Shown here: positions 51,267 through 61,138 of the stretch, piece by piece
How the letters are laid out: the number at the start of each line of letters is the position of its first letter
How positions within the stretch are numbered: the first letter of the stretch is position 1
Assembly: GCA_046753765.1 (NCBI GenBank)
Contig: JBHHUN010000004.1
Location: 5,359 to 69,358, forward strand
Source of the DNA: Candidatus Dojkabacteria bacterium
Lineage (GTDB): Bacteria; Patescibacteriota; Dojkabacteria; B142; OLB20
Length of the DNA stretch: 64,000 nt
Reading direction: 5' to 3'
Notes under the pieces: generated by a model
Database searches by the model: none
Told to the model about the DNA's origin: nothing
What the model saw: the letters and a program-made list of their open reading frames with translations, nothing else
Translations under genes and position numbers: made by a program

Positions 51267-51569
51267 TTAAGTTTCGGTACGACCAACTGAACCGCTGGCT
51301 TTTGCAATTTTACCTTTCCTTGAGTGCCCCTGAAATCTTCTGGTAGCCGAAAACTCACCGAGTTTGTGCCCAACCATTGATTCAGTGACGAAAACCTTGA
51401 TGAAATCTTTCCCATTATGTACTTCGAATGTCAAACCAACCATCTCCGGCGAAATCGACGAAGATCTTGACCAAGTACGGATGGGTCCTCCACCTTCGGC
51501 TTTGGACTTATTAATTTTCTTTAGCAGTTTTTCGTCAACGTATGGACCTTTTTTTGATGACCTAGACAT
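51267..51569 (-). CDS. rpsS: 30S ribosomal protein S19
   Basis: [19 protein letters not shown]. Confidence 0.98.
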   Translation of the reverse strand: MSRSSKKGPYVDEKLLKKINKSKAEGGGPIRTWSRSSSISPEMVGLTFEVHNGKDFIKVFVTESMVGHKLGEFSATRRFQGHSRKGKIAKASGSVGRTET

Positions 51570-51580
51570 ATTCTTACTGT

Positions 51581-52450
51581 TTAAACTATTGTTTTATACT
51601 TTTTGAACTTCCTGCCCTTTCCAACGGACCGGCGTTTAACGATGAACTTATTAGTTCTCTTGTTTTTTCTCGTTCGGGTGCCTACCCTGTTGCCCCACGG
51701 ATCTTTAGCAGGGCCACCAGTACCGTGCCTACCGCCCTTTCCCTGACCATCGGCGTGTGGATGATTAGCACCACTTTGAGCTACACCTCTTACCGTCGGT
51801 CGAATCCCCATCTTTCTTTTGCGACCTGCCTTGCCAAATTTAACGTTTTTGTGATCTGTGTTTCCAAGTGTTCCAATGGTTGCATAGTTTTCTTCGCGGA
51901 CAAGCCTTATCTCACCACTTGGCAGCTTTAGTTGTATGTATCCCTTTGCTCCACCCTGTATCTGGATTGAAGTGCCAGCACTTCTCCCGAAAGTCCCACC
52001 ATTTCCACGTTTGAGTTCAACGTTGTGCACAAAGGTAGCGGCGGGGATCTTTTTCATTGGTAAGGCATTGCCTACTCTGATCGGCGCCTTTTCGCCTGCT
52101 TCAATTTTACTCCCAACTTTTATTGAAGATGGTGCCAAGATGTATCTTCGTTCACCATCTGCATATTTTACAAGGGCGATGTTTACTGATCTATTCGGGT
52201 CGTATTCGATGGACTCGACGACTCCAGGCACATCATGTTTATCTCTTATAAAATCAATCTCTCTATAGAGCCTCTTTGCGCGTCCACCTCTGTGTCTTGC
52301 AGTCTGCTTACCGCGAAAATTTCTTCCTGCCTTGTACTTAACACTTTTTGTAAGTGTTTTCTCAGGACGCTTTTTATCAAGCGCGCTGTTATCAAGGAGC
52401 ACAGTATGTCTTCTTGTCGGTGTTGTTGGTTTAAGTACTTTTAATGGCAT
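51581..52450 (-). CDS. rplB: 50S ribosomal protein L2
   Basis: [20 protein letters not shown]. Confidence 0.98.
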   Translation of the reverse strand: MPLKVLKPTTPTRRHTVLLDNSALDKKRPEKTLTKSVKYKAGRNFRGKQTARHRGGRAKRLYREIDFIRDKHDVPGVVESIEYDPNRSVNIALVKYADGERRYILAPSSIKVGSKIEAGEKAPIRVGNALPMKKIPAATFVHNVELKRGNGGTFGRSAGTSIQIQGGAKGYIQLKLPSGEIRLVREENYATIGTLGNTDHKNVKFGKAGRKRKMGIRPTVRGVAQSGANHPHADGQGKGGRHGTGGPAKDPWGNRVGTRTRKNKRTNKFIVKRRSVGKGRKFKKYKTIV

Positions 52451-52452
52451 TA

Positions 52453-52755
52453 CTATTTGATATCAAACACTGATATTGAATCACCTTTCTTAAGTGTGAC
52501 TATGGCTTTTTTATAGTTTTTTCTCTGTCCCGGTCTACGGCTTTTACCAAACCTGACCTTTTTTCCAAGAACGTTAACTATCCTTACTTTTTCGACCTTA
52601 ACATCAAAGCTCCCCGAAACAGCCTCGTTTATTTTTATCTTTCCGGCACTGGGTTTTACCAGAAAGGTGTATTGGTTTAGCTTGCTCGCAAGCTCAATCG
52701 TCTTCTCTGTTACTACTGGTCTTATTAATATTTGTTGCGTTGGTTTGATCGCCAT
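52453..52755 (-). CDS. rplW: 50S ribosomal protein L23
   Basis: PVVTEK, KKAIVTL. Confidence 0.97.
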   Translation of the reverse strand: MAIKPTQQILIRPVVTEKTIELASKLNQYTFLVKPSAGKIKINEAVSGSFDVKVEKVRIVNVLGKKVRFGKSRRPGQRKNYKKAIVTLKKGDSISVFDIK

Positions 52756-53453
52756 TATTTCTTTTTAGCTTTTGGTTTCGCTTTTGTCTTAGGTGTTAAC
52801 TTAGTACTTTTTACAGGTTTTTCACTTCCCCAGAAATTTGAAATGGTCTCCAAGGCTCCTTTTAAAATAACAAGATTCCCTGCATTTAGAATACTAAAGA
52901 CATTTAATTCTCCAACTCTACTAACTTCCACGTTGGATACATTAGAGGCTGCCTGAACCAGACTTTGGTTATTCTCAGCCTGCACAATCAGCGTTTTCCC
53001 TTCAAGCTTTGCCTTTCTGAGCAAAGTTGCAAGAGCTTTGGAACGCGCTGTCTCAGCTATGGCAATATCTTCAAATATACTTAATTTCTTGCCACTGGCC
53101 ATCATTGAGAAAGCGGAGCGAACAGCCTGTTTGCGCATTTTCTTACTAAGCTGTTTTTTATAGCTTCTGCTATTTGTTGGTCCAAATGTAACTCCACCTC
53201 TTGTCCAGATGGGGCTACGCGTAGATCCGTGCCTTGCACGCCCCGTTCCCTTTTGTCTCCACGGCTTTCTCCCGCCACCTCGAACCTCACCTCTGTCTTT
53301 TGTATGTGCATTCGCCTGCCTCTGGTTGTCTCTGTAAATTCTCACAGCTTGAGCCAAAAGAGTTTCATTGACCTTGGCACCAAAAACTGCACTATCAAGA
53401 TTCACTTTTGTTTTCGCCTTTGTTCCAGTTTTTGTATAAGTTACCGTCTGCAT
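52755..53453 (-). CDS. rplD: 50S ribosomal protein L4
   Basis: GGGRKPWRQKGTGRARHGS. Confidence 0.98.
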   Translation of the reverse strand: MQTVTYTKTGTKAKTKVNLDSAVFGAKVNETLLAQAVRIYRDNQRQANAHTKDRGEVRGGGRKPWRQKGTGRARHGSTRSPIWTRGGVTFGPTNSRSYKKQLSKKMRKQAVRSAFSMMASGKKLSIFEDIAIAETARSKALATLLRKAKLEGKTLIVQAENNQSLVQAASNVSNVEVSRVGELNVFSILNAGNLVILKGALETISNFWGSEKPVKSTKLTPKTKAKPKAKKK

Positions 53454-54064
53454 TATCTTGTTGATTTAATCATTACAACTGAACCTTTACTTCCGGGGAT
53501 TGCTCCCTTTATGGCAATTAAACCATTCTTATCGTCAACAGCGACTACCTTCAGGTTTTTAACAGTCTTAGTCTCTCCACCCATTCTCCCTGGCATCCTT
53601 TTGCCTTTGAAAACTCGCCCAGGTGTCGTACCCGACCCGATAGATCCAGGAGCTCTATGTCTATCAGATTGACCATGAGTTTTTGAGCCACCTTTGAAAC
53701 CATATCTCTTTACTACTCCTTGAAACCCCTTCCCCTTTGATCTTCCAGTGACATCAACAGTCTCATCAACTTCAAATAGAGAAGCCTTCAGCACATCCCC
53801 GACCTTAATTTCTCCATCAAAGCCTCTAACCTCGCGTGCATTCTGCGGAACAAATCCTCCATGTTTATACTGTCCCTGCTCTGCCTTTGTAGCATTTTTC
53901 TTTGTACCCCTTCCAAGCACTACAGCTTCATAGCCGTCTTTGTCTTCAGACTTACTGGCCACAACACCAACACCATTCACATCTATAATGGTTACAGGGA
54001 TGATATCTCCATCATCTTTGAACAGTTGCGTCATTAGTTTTTTTATCCCGATTATCGCCTTCAT
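53453..54064 (-). CDS. rplC: 50S ribosomal protein L3
   Basis: SKGKGFQGVVKR, RAPGSIG, KGKRMPG. Confidence 0.98.
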   Translation of the reverse strand: MKAIIGIKKLMTQLFKDDGDIIPVTIIDVNGVGVVASKSEDKDGYEAVVLGRGTKKNATKAEQGQYKHGGFVPQNAREVRGFDGEIKVGDVLKASLFEVDETVDVTGRSKGKGFQGVVKRYGFKGGSKTHGQSDRHRAPGSIGSGTTPGRVFKGKRMPGRMGGETKTVKNLKVVAVDDKNGLIAIKGAIPGSKGSVVMIKSTR

Positions 54065-54131
54065 TTTTAAAAAAGATGATTGCCTGTAAGGGCAATAGTT
54101 CTAATTAAACCAAGCGCAAGGAATTTACCTA

Positions 54132-54431
54132 TCACTTAATTTCTATCCAAACCCCGGCAGCCAATTGTAAATGTGTCAGTGAGTCGATTGTCTTACTGGT
54201 TGGATCTACAATCTCTATTAGTCTTTTATGAGTATTTTGTTCAAAGTGCTCTTTAGATTTCGAATAAACATGGGGGGATTTGAGGGTGACAAATATCCTA
54301 CGCCTCGTTGGCAGTGGGATAGGCCCCAATGTTTTAGCCCCCGTTCTAACAGCCGTATCGATAATTTGCTGTGATGCTTTATCGACCACCTTGCTGTCAT
54401 ATCCTTTTATTTTGATTCTAATCTTTTGCAT
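54132..54431 (-). CDS. rpsJ: 30S ribosomal protein S10
   Basis: IRIKIKGYD, GPIPLPT, SPHV, THKRLI. Confidence 0.98.
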   Translation of the reverse strand: MQKIRIKIKGYDSKVVDKASQQIIDTAVRTGAKTLGPIPLPTRRRIFVTLKSPHVYSKSKEHFEQNTHKRLIEIVDPTSKTIDSLTHLQLAAGVWIEIK

Positions 54432-54482
54432 CTTTCGTTTATCGGGCTGGTTATTAATAACCAGCCCGACATCCTTTCTCGC

Positions 54483-55679
54483 TTACTTAATGATCTTGGT
54501 AACTATTCCTGCTCCTACCGTCTTTCCACCTTCTCTAATTGCAAACCTCATCTGTTCTTCGATTGCTGCTGGTGTCTGAATCTTGACGTTAAAGGTTGCA
54601 TTGTCACCAGGCATCACCATTTCAGTTCCATCTGGGAGAGTAACCTCTCCTGTGATGTCAGCCGTCCTGATATAAAACTGAGGTTTATAGCCTGTAAAGA
54701 AAGCTGTATGCCTCCCACCTTCATCTTTTGAAAGAATGTAAGCTTCAACCTCAAACTCAGTATGTGGCTTGATTGAACCTTTAGCAGCTAAAACCTGCCC
54801 CCTGCTAATCTCTTCACGCTTAACACCTCGGATAAGAAGACCGATATTGTCGCCAGCCTGCCCCTCATCGAGCTGTTTATTAAACATCTCAACTCCAGTA
54901 ACCGTTACCTGCTTCACTTTATCCATAAGACCAATCTGATCAACCTCTTCACCTACCTTAACTTTACCCCTTGAGACTCTTCCCGTTGCGACTGTACCAC
55001 GACCCTCAATAGAGAATACATCTTCAACAGGCATAAGGAATGGCTTATCCATCTCGCGTGGCGGCTCTGGAATCTCATTGTCAAGAGCTTCCATAAGCTC
55101 CTGCATTGTTTTATCACCTTCGTCTCCACCTTCAAGCCCTTTGAGTGCACTCCCTTTCACTACTTTAATCTTATCTCCTGGGTATTCGTACTTGCTCAGA
55201 AGCTCCCTTACCTCTTCCTCAACGAGAGCAAGAAGATCCTCGTCCATATTATCGTCGAATATGTTGATAAAAACAACGAAGTGCTCAACACCGACCTGAC
55301 GTGCCAGGATGATATGCTCTTTCGTCTGTGGCATCGGACCGTCAGTGGCAGAGACAACAAGGATTGCTCCGTCCATTTGGGCGGCACCGGTAATCATATT
55401 TTTAATATAGTCCTTATGTCCGGGACAGTCTATGTGCGCATAATGCCTTTTCTCCGATTCGTATTCTACATGTGAGGAGGCAACGGTTACGATCTTGGTT
55501 TTGTCTCTAACGACTCCACCTTTAGCGATCTCTTCGTAGCCTTTCTCAGAGGAGATTCTGCCCTTGCGTTTTGCATAGGCGATCAAAGCAGCTGTCAATG
55601 TGGTTTTACCGTGGTCAATGTGACCAAGCGTTCCTACATTCAGATGCGGCTTTGTTCTTTCGAATTTTTTGTCAGCCAT
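54483..55679 (-). CDS. tuf: Elongation factor Tu (divergent switch I and G4)
   Basis: [39 protein letters not shown]. Confidence 0.97.
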   Translation of the reverse strand: MADKKFERTKPHLNVGTLGHIDHGKTTLTAALIAYAKRKGRISSEKGYEEIAKGGVVRDKTKIVTVASSHVEYESEKRHYAHIDCPGHKDYIKNMITGAAQMDGAILVVSATDGPMPQTKEHIILARQVGVEHFVVFINIFDDNMDEDLLALVEEEVRELLSKYEYPGDKIKVVKGSALKGLEGGDEGDKTMQELMEALDNEIPEPPREMDKPFLMPVEDVFSIEGRGTVATGRVSRGKVKVGEEVDQIGLMDKVKQVTVTGVEMFNKQLDEGQAGDNIGLLIRGVKREEISRGQVLAAKGSIKPHTEFEVEAYILSKDEGGRHTAFFTGYKPQFYIRTADITGEVTLPDGTEMVMPGDNATFNVKIQTPAAIEEQMRFAIREGGKTVGAGIVTKIIK

Positions 55680-55892
55680 TTTATGAAGTAACTGAAGTAA
55701 TATAAAAATAAGTCACCTCTAACTTTGAGTAATTATTTTTCTGCCAGAGTCAGTTCTATTAGTTAGGCAGGTTTATCACCGAAAAATAAGCACTCATGGA
55801 GCTAGTAGGCAGCATGGACTACTCTAAGTAGTCTTTATAACAAATTTTACCATATAGTGCAATACGTTTGCTCTTCTTTTAATATAAAGATA

Positions 55893-58049
55893 CTAGCCCT
55901 TCTGTTCTTTGATCCCAAGTGCCTCGCTCACAAGGTTTTCTGGTACTTTTTCGTAGTGACTAAACTCCATGACACTGTTGGCTTTACCCTTGGACATAGA
56001 GCGGAGCTCGTTGATCCATCCGAACATATTTCCGAGTGGGACAGTTGCTTCAATCTCCTGTACTTTGCCCTTTGACTCCATCTTACTGATCTTGCCTCGC
56101 TTTGAAGAGAGAGCTCCAGTAACATCTCCTGCGTAATCGTCGGGAGAGGACACGTTTACCTTCATGATTGGTTCGAGAAGAATTGGATGTGCCTTTTTAA
56201 TTGCTTCCCTGATCCCTCGCGATGCAGCAATCCTAAATGAGTCAGTGCTCGAGTCAACATCATGGAAAGATCCATCAATCAGTGTAACCTTAACATCTAC
56301 AACTGGGAACCCCCCAAGATTACCACTCTTGAGACTCTCCTGAATTCCTTTGTCGACCGAAGGAATAAATTCCTGAGGAATCGCACCTCCCTTAATCTTA
56401 TTAACAAATTCATATCCGTCACCGCGTTCTTGAGGTGTAACAATAATTGTAAGATCAGCAAACTGTCCGGCGCCACCTGTTTGTTTTTTAAGTACCTCAT
56501 TGTGTTCGACCTCTTGTTCAACTGCCTCTTTGTACGCAACCTGAGGCTTACCGGTCATAACATCGATTCCGTAAGTGCGTTTAAGCAGGTCAACTTTGAT
56601 CTCGAGGTGGAGTTCTCCCATACCGGAGATAATGGTCTGGCCAGTATCCTGATTGGTTGTGGCAGTGAAGGTCGGGTCTTCCTGCATGAGCTTTCGTAAA
56701 GCCTCTCCCATCTTCTCCTGATCTGACTTTGTTTTAGGCTCAATAGCGAGACTAACAACAGGATCGGGAAAATCAATACTTTCAAGTACTATCTGATCTT
56801 TATCACCAGTTACAGTGTTTCCGGTAAAAGACTCTTTCAAACCGACTATTCCAACTATGTCGCCAGCCCTGGCACTCTTTAGATCTTCGCGGTCGTTAGC
56901 ATGCATCATAAGTACACGACCGACGCGTTCTTTTTTCTTTCTGGAGGTATTCATAACGAATGATCCTGCATCGAGTTTGCCGGCATAAATTCTTATAAAT
57001 GCAAGCTGACCAACATGTGGATCTACTGCTATTTTAAATACTAGACCAACAAAAGGTGAGTCTTCGCTGACATCAAATTTCATCAGTTCATTTGAATCGA
57101 TATCTGTCCCTACAACCTGACCTGTGAACTCTTCGGCCTTCCCGGTTTCAGGATTTATATATGTGTATACCTTTTGGAAAGGAGATGGAAGGTAACGACA
57201 GACATTGTCAAGCAGGGTCTTTGTCTCAGCCATTCTTGAATCTCCACCGGTCACCGGGAAGATCTTCCTAGACAATGTGAACATTCGGATGGCCGTATAC
57301 ATCTCTTCAGCCTCCAGTACACCATCCTCAAGATATTTCTCCATCAGCTCATCGTCTGCCTCTGCAATCTTTTCAACAAGGGCTTCATGAAGTTCGCCGC
57401 AACGCTCTTTTATGTCTTCAGGAATCTCGATATCTTTGAACTCCTGCTTTGTGTCATCGGTGTACTCGTATGCTTTCATAGTAACCAGATCAACATAACC
57501 CTTAAGGTCGTGCTCTATTCCAATGGGGTAAGTTATCGCAACAGCGGCATCGCTAAGCTCTTCCTGAATGGATTTGAGTGACATCTCGAAATCGCCACCT
57601 ACAAGATTTAGTTTATTGATAAAGCAGATTCTTGGAACGTTATACTTATCTGCCTGCCCCCAGACTTTGCTGGATTGTGGCTCTACACCCATCTTTCCGT
57701 CAAAAATAACCACAGCACCGTCGAGTACCCGAAGTGAGCGCTCAACCTCGGCTGTGAAATCTACGTGCCCTGGAGTATCAATAATATTGATTCTGTAAAG
57801 TGTGTCGTTTAAGCTCCAAAATGATGTAGTTGCAGCGGATTGAATAGTAATACCTCGCTCTTTTTCCTGATCCATGAAGTCCATATCTGCCTCGCCCTCA
57901 TGCACCTCACCGATATTGTGTTTCTTTCCAGTATAAAAAAGAATTCTTTCTGTCGTTGTAGTTTTTCCAGCATCTACGTGCGCAATAATCCCTATATTTC
58001 TATAGTGTTGCAGGTCCTTAACAGATGAGTAATCAACCTTATTGGCCAT
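55893..58049 (-). CDS. fusA: Elongation factor G
   Basis: AHVDAGKTTTTERIL, RGITIQSA, DTPGHVDF, GMGELHL, KKQTGGAGQF; start MANKV at 58049. Confidence 0.97.
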   Translation of the reverse strand: MANKVDYSSVKDLQHYRNIGIIAHVDAGKTTTTERILFYTGKKHNIGEVHEGEADMDFMDQEKERGITIQSAATTSFWSLNDTLYRINIIDTPGHVDFTAEVERSLRVLDGAVVIFDGKMGVEPQSSKVWGQADKYNVPRICFINKLNLVGGDFEMSLKSIQEELSDAAVAITYPIGIEHDLKGYVDLVTMKAYEYTDDTKQEFKDIEIPEDIKERCGELHEALVEKIAEADDELMEKYLEDGVLEAEEMYTAIRMFTLSRKIFPVTGGDSRMAETKTLLDNVCRYLPSPFQKVYTYINPETGKAEEFTGQVVGTDIDSNELMKFDVSEDSPFVGLVFKIAVDPHVGQLAFIRIYAGKLDAGSFVMNTSRKKKERVGRVLMMHANDREDLKSARAGDIVGIVGLKESFTGNTVTGDKDQIVLESIDFPDPVVSLAIEPKTKSDQEKMGEALRKLMQEDPTFTATTNQDTGQTIISGMGELHLEIKVDLLKRTYGIDVMTGKPQVAYKEAVEQEVEHNEVLKKQTGGAGQFADLTIIVTPQERGDGYEFVNKIKGGAIPQEFIPSVDKGIQESLKSGNLGGFPVVDVKVTLIDGSFHDVDSSTDSFRIAASRGIREAIKKAHPILLEPIMKVNVSSPDDYAGDVTGALSSKRGKISKMESKGKVQEIEATVPLGNMFGWINELRSMSKGKANSVMEFSHYEKVPENLVSEALGIKEQKG

Positions 58050-58204
58050 GATTTCGAGTGTAAAAATGTGAATTAGACACAAAAAATCCCCTGAATAAGA
58101 AGGGAAGTCAAATTATATCAGCAAACAATATAAATGTATAGTTGTGACGTATTAAATGATCTGATAAATTGAGCCTGTTGTTAATCTTTTAATAATATTA
58201 AGAA

Positions 58205-58750
58205 GTGAATAATCAGACTTACGCTGTTGTAGCTTTAGTTGTTGCACTTCTTGCTGGTTTCTTTCTGGGGAATAACTATGGATCAAGCCAATTACGAGAA
58301 GTTGATGGCTCGAAGGATCAAACGGTACTGGCAACACATGCACACGTTAACAAAGAGGTCAACGCCGACGCACCTATTCCGTCAGTCAAAATCATTGAAG
58401 TTAATGAAGATAGGATCCCCAACTCAAGTAAGATCATAGAGGAAGGCGACTCGCTAAATCCTGAAGGTTCAACTTTTGGAGGATACAATTTGTTGCTTCA
58501 ATTTGAAAACTACACCTTGAGACCACAGAATGCAGGTCAAGATCCGATTGATAACGAAGGCCACGCACACCTTTACATCAACGGAAAGGAGATTGGCAGG
58601 ATCTACAGCAAGCACATCCATGTGCCTGCTAGACTATTAGAAGAGGGCGAGAATACTATTGTGGTGAATCTGAGCAACAATGACCACTCCGAAATCGTTA
58701 ATGGCGATGAACACATTAGCGATAGCGTAACTGTTACCGTTGAACAATAG
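58205..58750 (+). CDS. Membrane-anchored or secreted hypothetical protein with His-rich putative metal site
   Basis: N-terminal TM; HAH, EGHAHLYING, LSNNDH. Confidence 0.7.
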   Translation: MNNQTYAVVALVVALLAGFFLGNNYGSSQLREVDGSKDQTVLATHAHVNKEVNADAPIPSVKIIEVNEDRIPNSSKIIEEGDSLNPEGSTFGGYNLLLQFENYTLRPQNAGQDPIDNEGHAHLYINGKEIGRIYSKHIHVPARLLEEGENTIVVNLSNNDHSEIVNGDEHISDSVTVTVEQ

Positions 58751-58772
58751 CTAGAAAAACCAGAAAATCTGT

Positions 58773-58797
58773 AAAACGAGCCGCACTGGCTCGTTTT
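58773..58797. terminator. Bidirectional intrinsic terminator
   Basis: AAAACGAGCC-GCACT-GGCTCGTTTT. Confidence 0.8.
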
Positions 58798-58928
58798 CAT
58801 TGATATACGGATTATATTCAAGCTAGAGCAGATATCTGGTATAATAAGGGTCATGAATCCCAAACTACCCCACTTGTAATAAAATTCAATTGCCCTCAGG
58901 AGCCCCTTTTACTTGTTACGAAATACTG

Positions 58929-59414
58929 ATGTTTAGGAAAGGAAGAAAGGTCATTTATCCCGTTTACGGGCCAGGAAAAATCGTTGACATCTTTACCGAG
59001 GAGGTTGGAGAAGATGCCGTGGAGTATTTTGATATTGAGTTTCTGAATACTAATCTCACCGTTTCAATTCCCGTTGAAGAGGCTATCGAATTCGGCCTCC
59101 GTTACCCTCTCAGTGAAAAAGAACTTAAAAAGGCTCTAAAAGCTCTGGATGAAAAGGTTCGCATTAGTAAGACGCTCCTTGATGACATAGACGAATTCAC
59201 GAGTACACGATTTAAAAGTGGAACCATTGAAGATGCGATTGAGGTTGTAAACCAGCTACGCAGGTTAGCGCAGCGCAAGCTGAAACAAGACAAAAAACTC
59301 TCAGCATATGAGATGGATAAACTGGAGAAAGCTATTTACTTCATTAGATCAGAGGTGCACTTGGTGATGGGTGCGACAAAGGCTGATCTGTATGACTTGG
59401 AGATTATTAAGTAG
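58929..59414 (+). CDS. carD: CarD-family transcription regulator
   Basis: FRKGRKVIYPVYGPGKI, VSIPV...GLR; TGGTATAAT at about 58837. Confidence 0.8.
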   Translation: MFRKGRKVIYPVYGPGKIVDIFTEEVGEDAVEYFDIEFLNTNLTVSIPVEEAIEFGLRYPLSEKELKKALKALDEKVRISKTLLDDIDEFTSTRFKSGTIEDAIEVVNQLRRLAQRKLKQDKKLSAYEMDKLEKAIYFIRSEVHLVMGATKADLYDLEIIK

Positions 59415-59708
59415 TCGCGACTCATCGTCATCCAAGCGCGAAAGCGTTTCACTGTCTTCGCTACTGTTTACCAAGTACTCGTATTCCGATTTCTATTTAT
59501 AGAGTCTGTTACACACGGGACACTTCTTAAAGTGGTGTCTCTCAGGATTCCATCTCTCCTTAATGGCAAAATCTTCTAGTTCTCATGCAACTTTTGGCAT
59601 AACAACAGTGTCTTCGTTCCAACCATGCTTATAAAATGAATGTTCAACATCCTTGAGATTCCTGCATATCCTGCATTTTGAGATTGGGATTAGTTTTTTA
59701 CGTGCCAT
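59410..59708 (-). pseudogene. Small CxxC/CxxC zinc-ribbon-like protein with two in-frame stops
   Basis: MARKKLIPISKCRICRNL...PKVA*ELED...KKCPVCNRLYK*KSEYEYLVNSSEDSETLSRL, with TGA at 59583-59585 and TAG at 59493-59495. The 3' end is approximate. Confidence 0.7.
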
Positions 59709-59715
59709 TTTGCTC

Positions 59716-60966
59716 TTATCTACCTTTTTGTACAAACGTATATGCTGTACCCAGAGCACCGTTTCTACCAGTTCTACCTATCCTATGGATATATTCATCG
59801 TAGGTCTGTGGCTCATCAAGGTTGATGACATGTGTGATGTCATCGACGTCCAACCCTCTGGCAGCTACATTTGTAGCAACAAGAACATGTATCTTTGAGA
59901 GCTTGAAGCTTTCGAAAATTCGTTTTCGGACGTTCTGCCTTTTATCACCATGAATCGCATCGACTTTAAAGTTATTCCTATGAAGGACTTTGTTTACTTT
60001 GTCAGCGAAACGTTTAGTATCAACAAACACCAGTGCCTTCTCGACCTCTCTTTTCTTCAAGATTTCCTGCAAAATGCTTAGTTTTTCACTTGAGTGGTTG
60101 TAGTCAATGACACTTTGCACCACGCTCTTATTAGGTTTGTTATTCGCGAGCCTGATTACCTCAAAAGACTTGCTAAGCGAAGCAACTGTCTTTTCAACCG
60201 TGTTGTTCAGAGTCGCCGAGAAAAACAGAGCCTGCTTCTCTTGTGCTAGCTTTGTAAAGATGAAACGAATATCTCTGATAAACCCCATATCAAGCATTCG
60301 ATCTACCTCATCGACCACAATGTTGTTGTATTGGTGGAGTTTTATATGACCACGCCTGACAAGATCAACAAGTCTGCCTGGAGTTCCGATAATGATGTGT
60401 CCACCCCGCTGAAGTTGATTGATCTGCCTGTTCATGCTCTCCCCACCGATAATCAGTGCACTCTGTGAGTTTGTACCCTTCAGAAAGGATACAGCCTCTT
60501 TAGAGATCTGCATTGCGAGCTCTCGAGTTGGTGCTACGACTAGGAGTTTTTGTGAATTATCTGTTATCAGTTTCTGGATCATGGGGATTAGAAAGGCGCC
60601 CGTTTTCCCTGAACCTGTTGCCGATATCCCAAGAACATCGTTTCCACCCATTATTAGAGGAATCGCCTTCTCTTGTATCTCTGTGGTTGTCTCAAAACCC
60701 TTTGCATGGATATTTACGAAAAGTCTGTCATCAAAACCAAGTTCAGCAAACTTTTTGCCTGTGTAAGCCTGTTTATCAGTTTCTACCTCACTTTGGAGAT
60801 CATTTATGAAGAGATTTCTATCAATTGTTTTCTTCTTTCTCTTTGATTGATGCCTATTCGAAGACCGTGATCGACTTTTATATGAAGATCGCTTCCTCCA
60901 TCTACTATTGGGTTTATTACTTCCGCGGGAATTGCTTTGTCGCTTGCCGTTTCTTATACGCAACAT
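59716..60966 (-). CDS. DEAD-box RNA helicase
   Basis: Q motif, ATGSGKT, PTRELA, TPGRL, DEVD, SAT, ARGLD, HRIGRTGR. Confidence 0.96.
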   Translation of the reverse strand: MLRIRNGKRQSNSRGSNKPNSRWRKRSSYKSRSRSSNRHQSKRKKKTIDRNLFINDLQSEVETDKQAYTGKKFAELGFDDRLFVNIHAKGFETTTEIQEKAIPLIMGGNDVLGISATGSGKTGAFLIPMIQKLITDNSQKLLVVAPTRELAMQISKEAVSFLKGTNSQSALIIGGESMNRQINQLQRGGHIIIGTPGRLVDLVRRGHIKLHQYNNIVVDEVDRMLDMGFIRDIRFIFTKLAQEKQALFFSATLNNTVEKTVASLSKSFEVIRLANNKPNKSVVQSVIDYNHSSEKLSILQEILKKREVEKALVFVDTKRFADKVNKVLHRNNFKVDAIHGDKRQNVRKRIFESFKLSKIHVLVATNVAARGLDVDDITHVINLDEPQTYDEYIHRIGRTGRNGALGTAYTFVQKGR

Positions 60967-61048
60967 GATCGGTACAATAAAATATTGTTATGTACCGAAC
61001 ATCTCACTTTCACTGTCCTAAATCCTATCTCAGGATCTATTTAGTATA

Positions 61049-61138
61049 TACTCAGTACGCTATTAAATTTGATCTCGGTTGATTGCATTGCTCAACCGAA
61101 CTCTTCATTGTATCACGATATTCACACTTATATACTAT
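61049..61138 (+). repeat. 90-bp direct repeat, copy 1
   Basis: 87/90 identical to 63803-63892 by manual alignment. Confidence 0.95.

Noticed and set aside
38728-58028. Many plus-strand ORFs of 60-210 aa opposite ribosomal and translation genes
   Set aside because: Antisense shadows of conserved genes with no recognisable motifs.
59410-59708. Stop-codon recoding (code 25, Sec or Pyl) suggested by in-frame TGA/TAG
   Set aside because: TGA and TAG end intact genes here (secA and the CAP gene end in TGA; greA ends in TAG), the tRNA-Gly anticodon is TCC not TCA, and two different stops in one gene fit decay.
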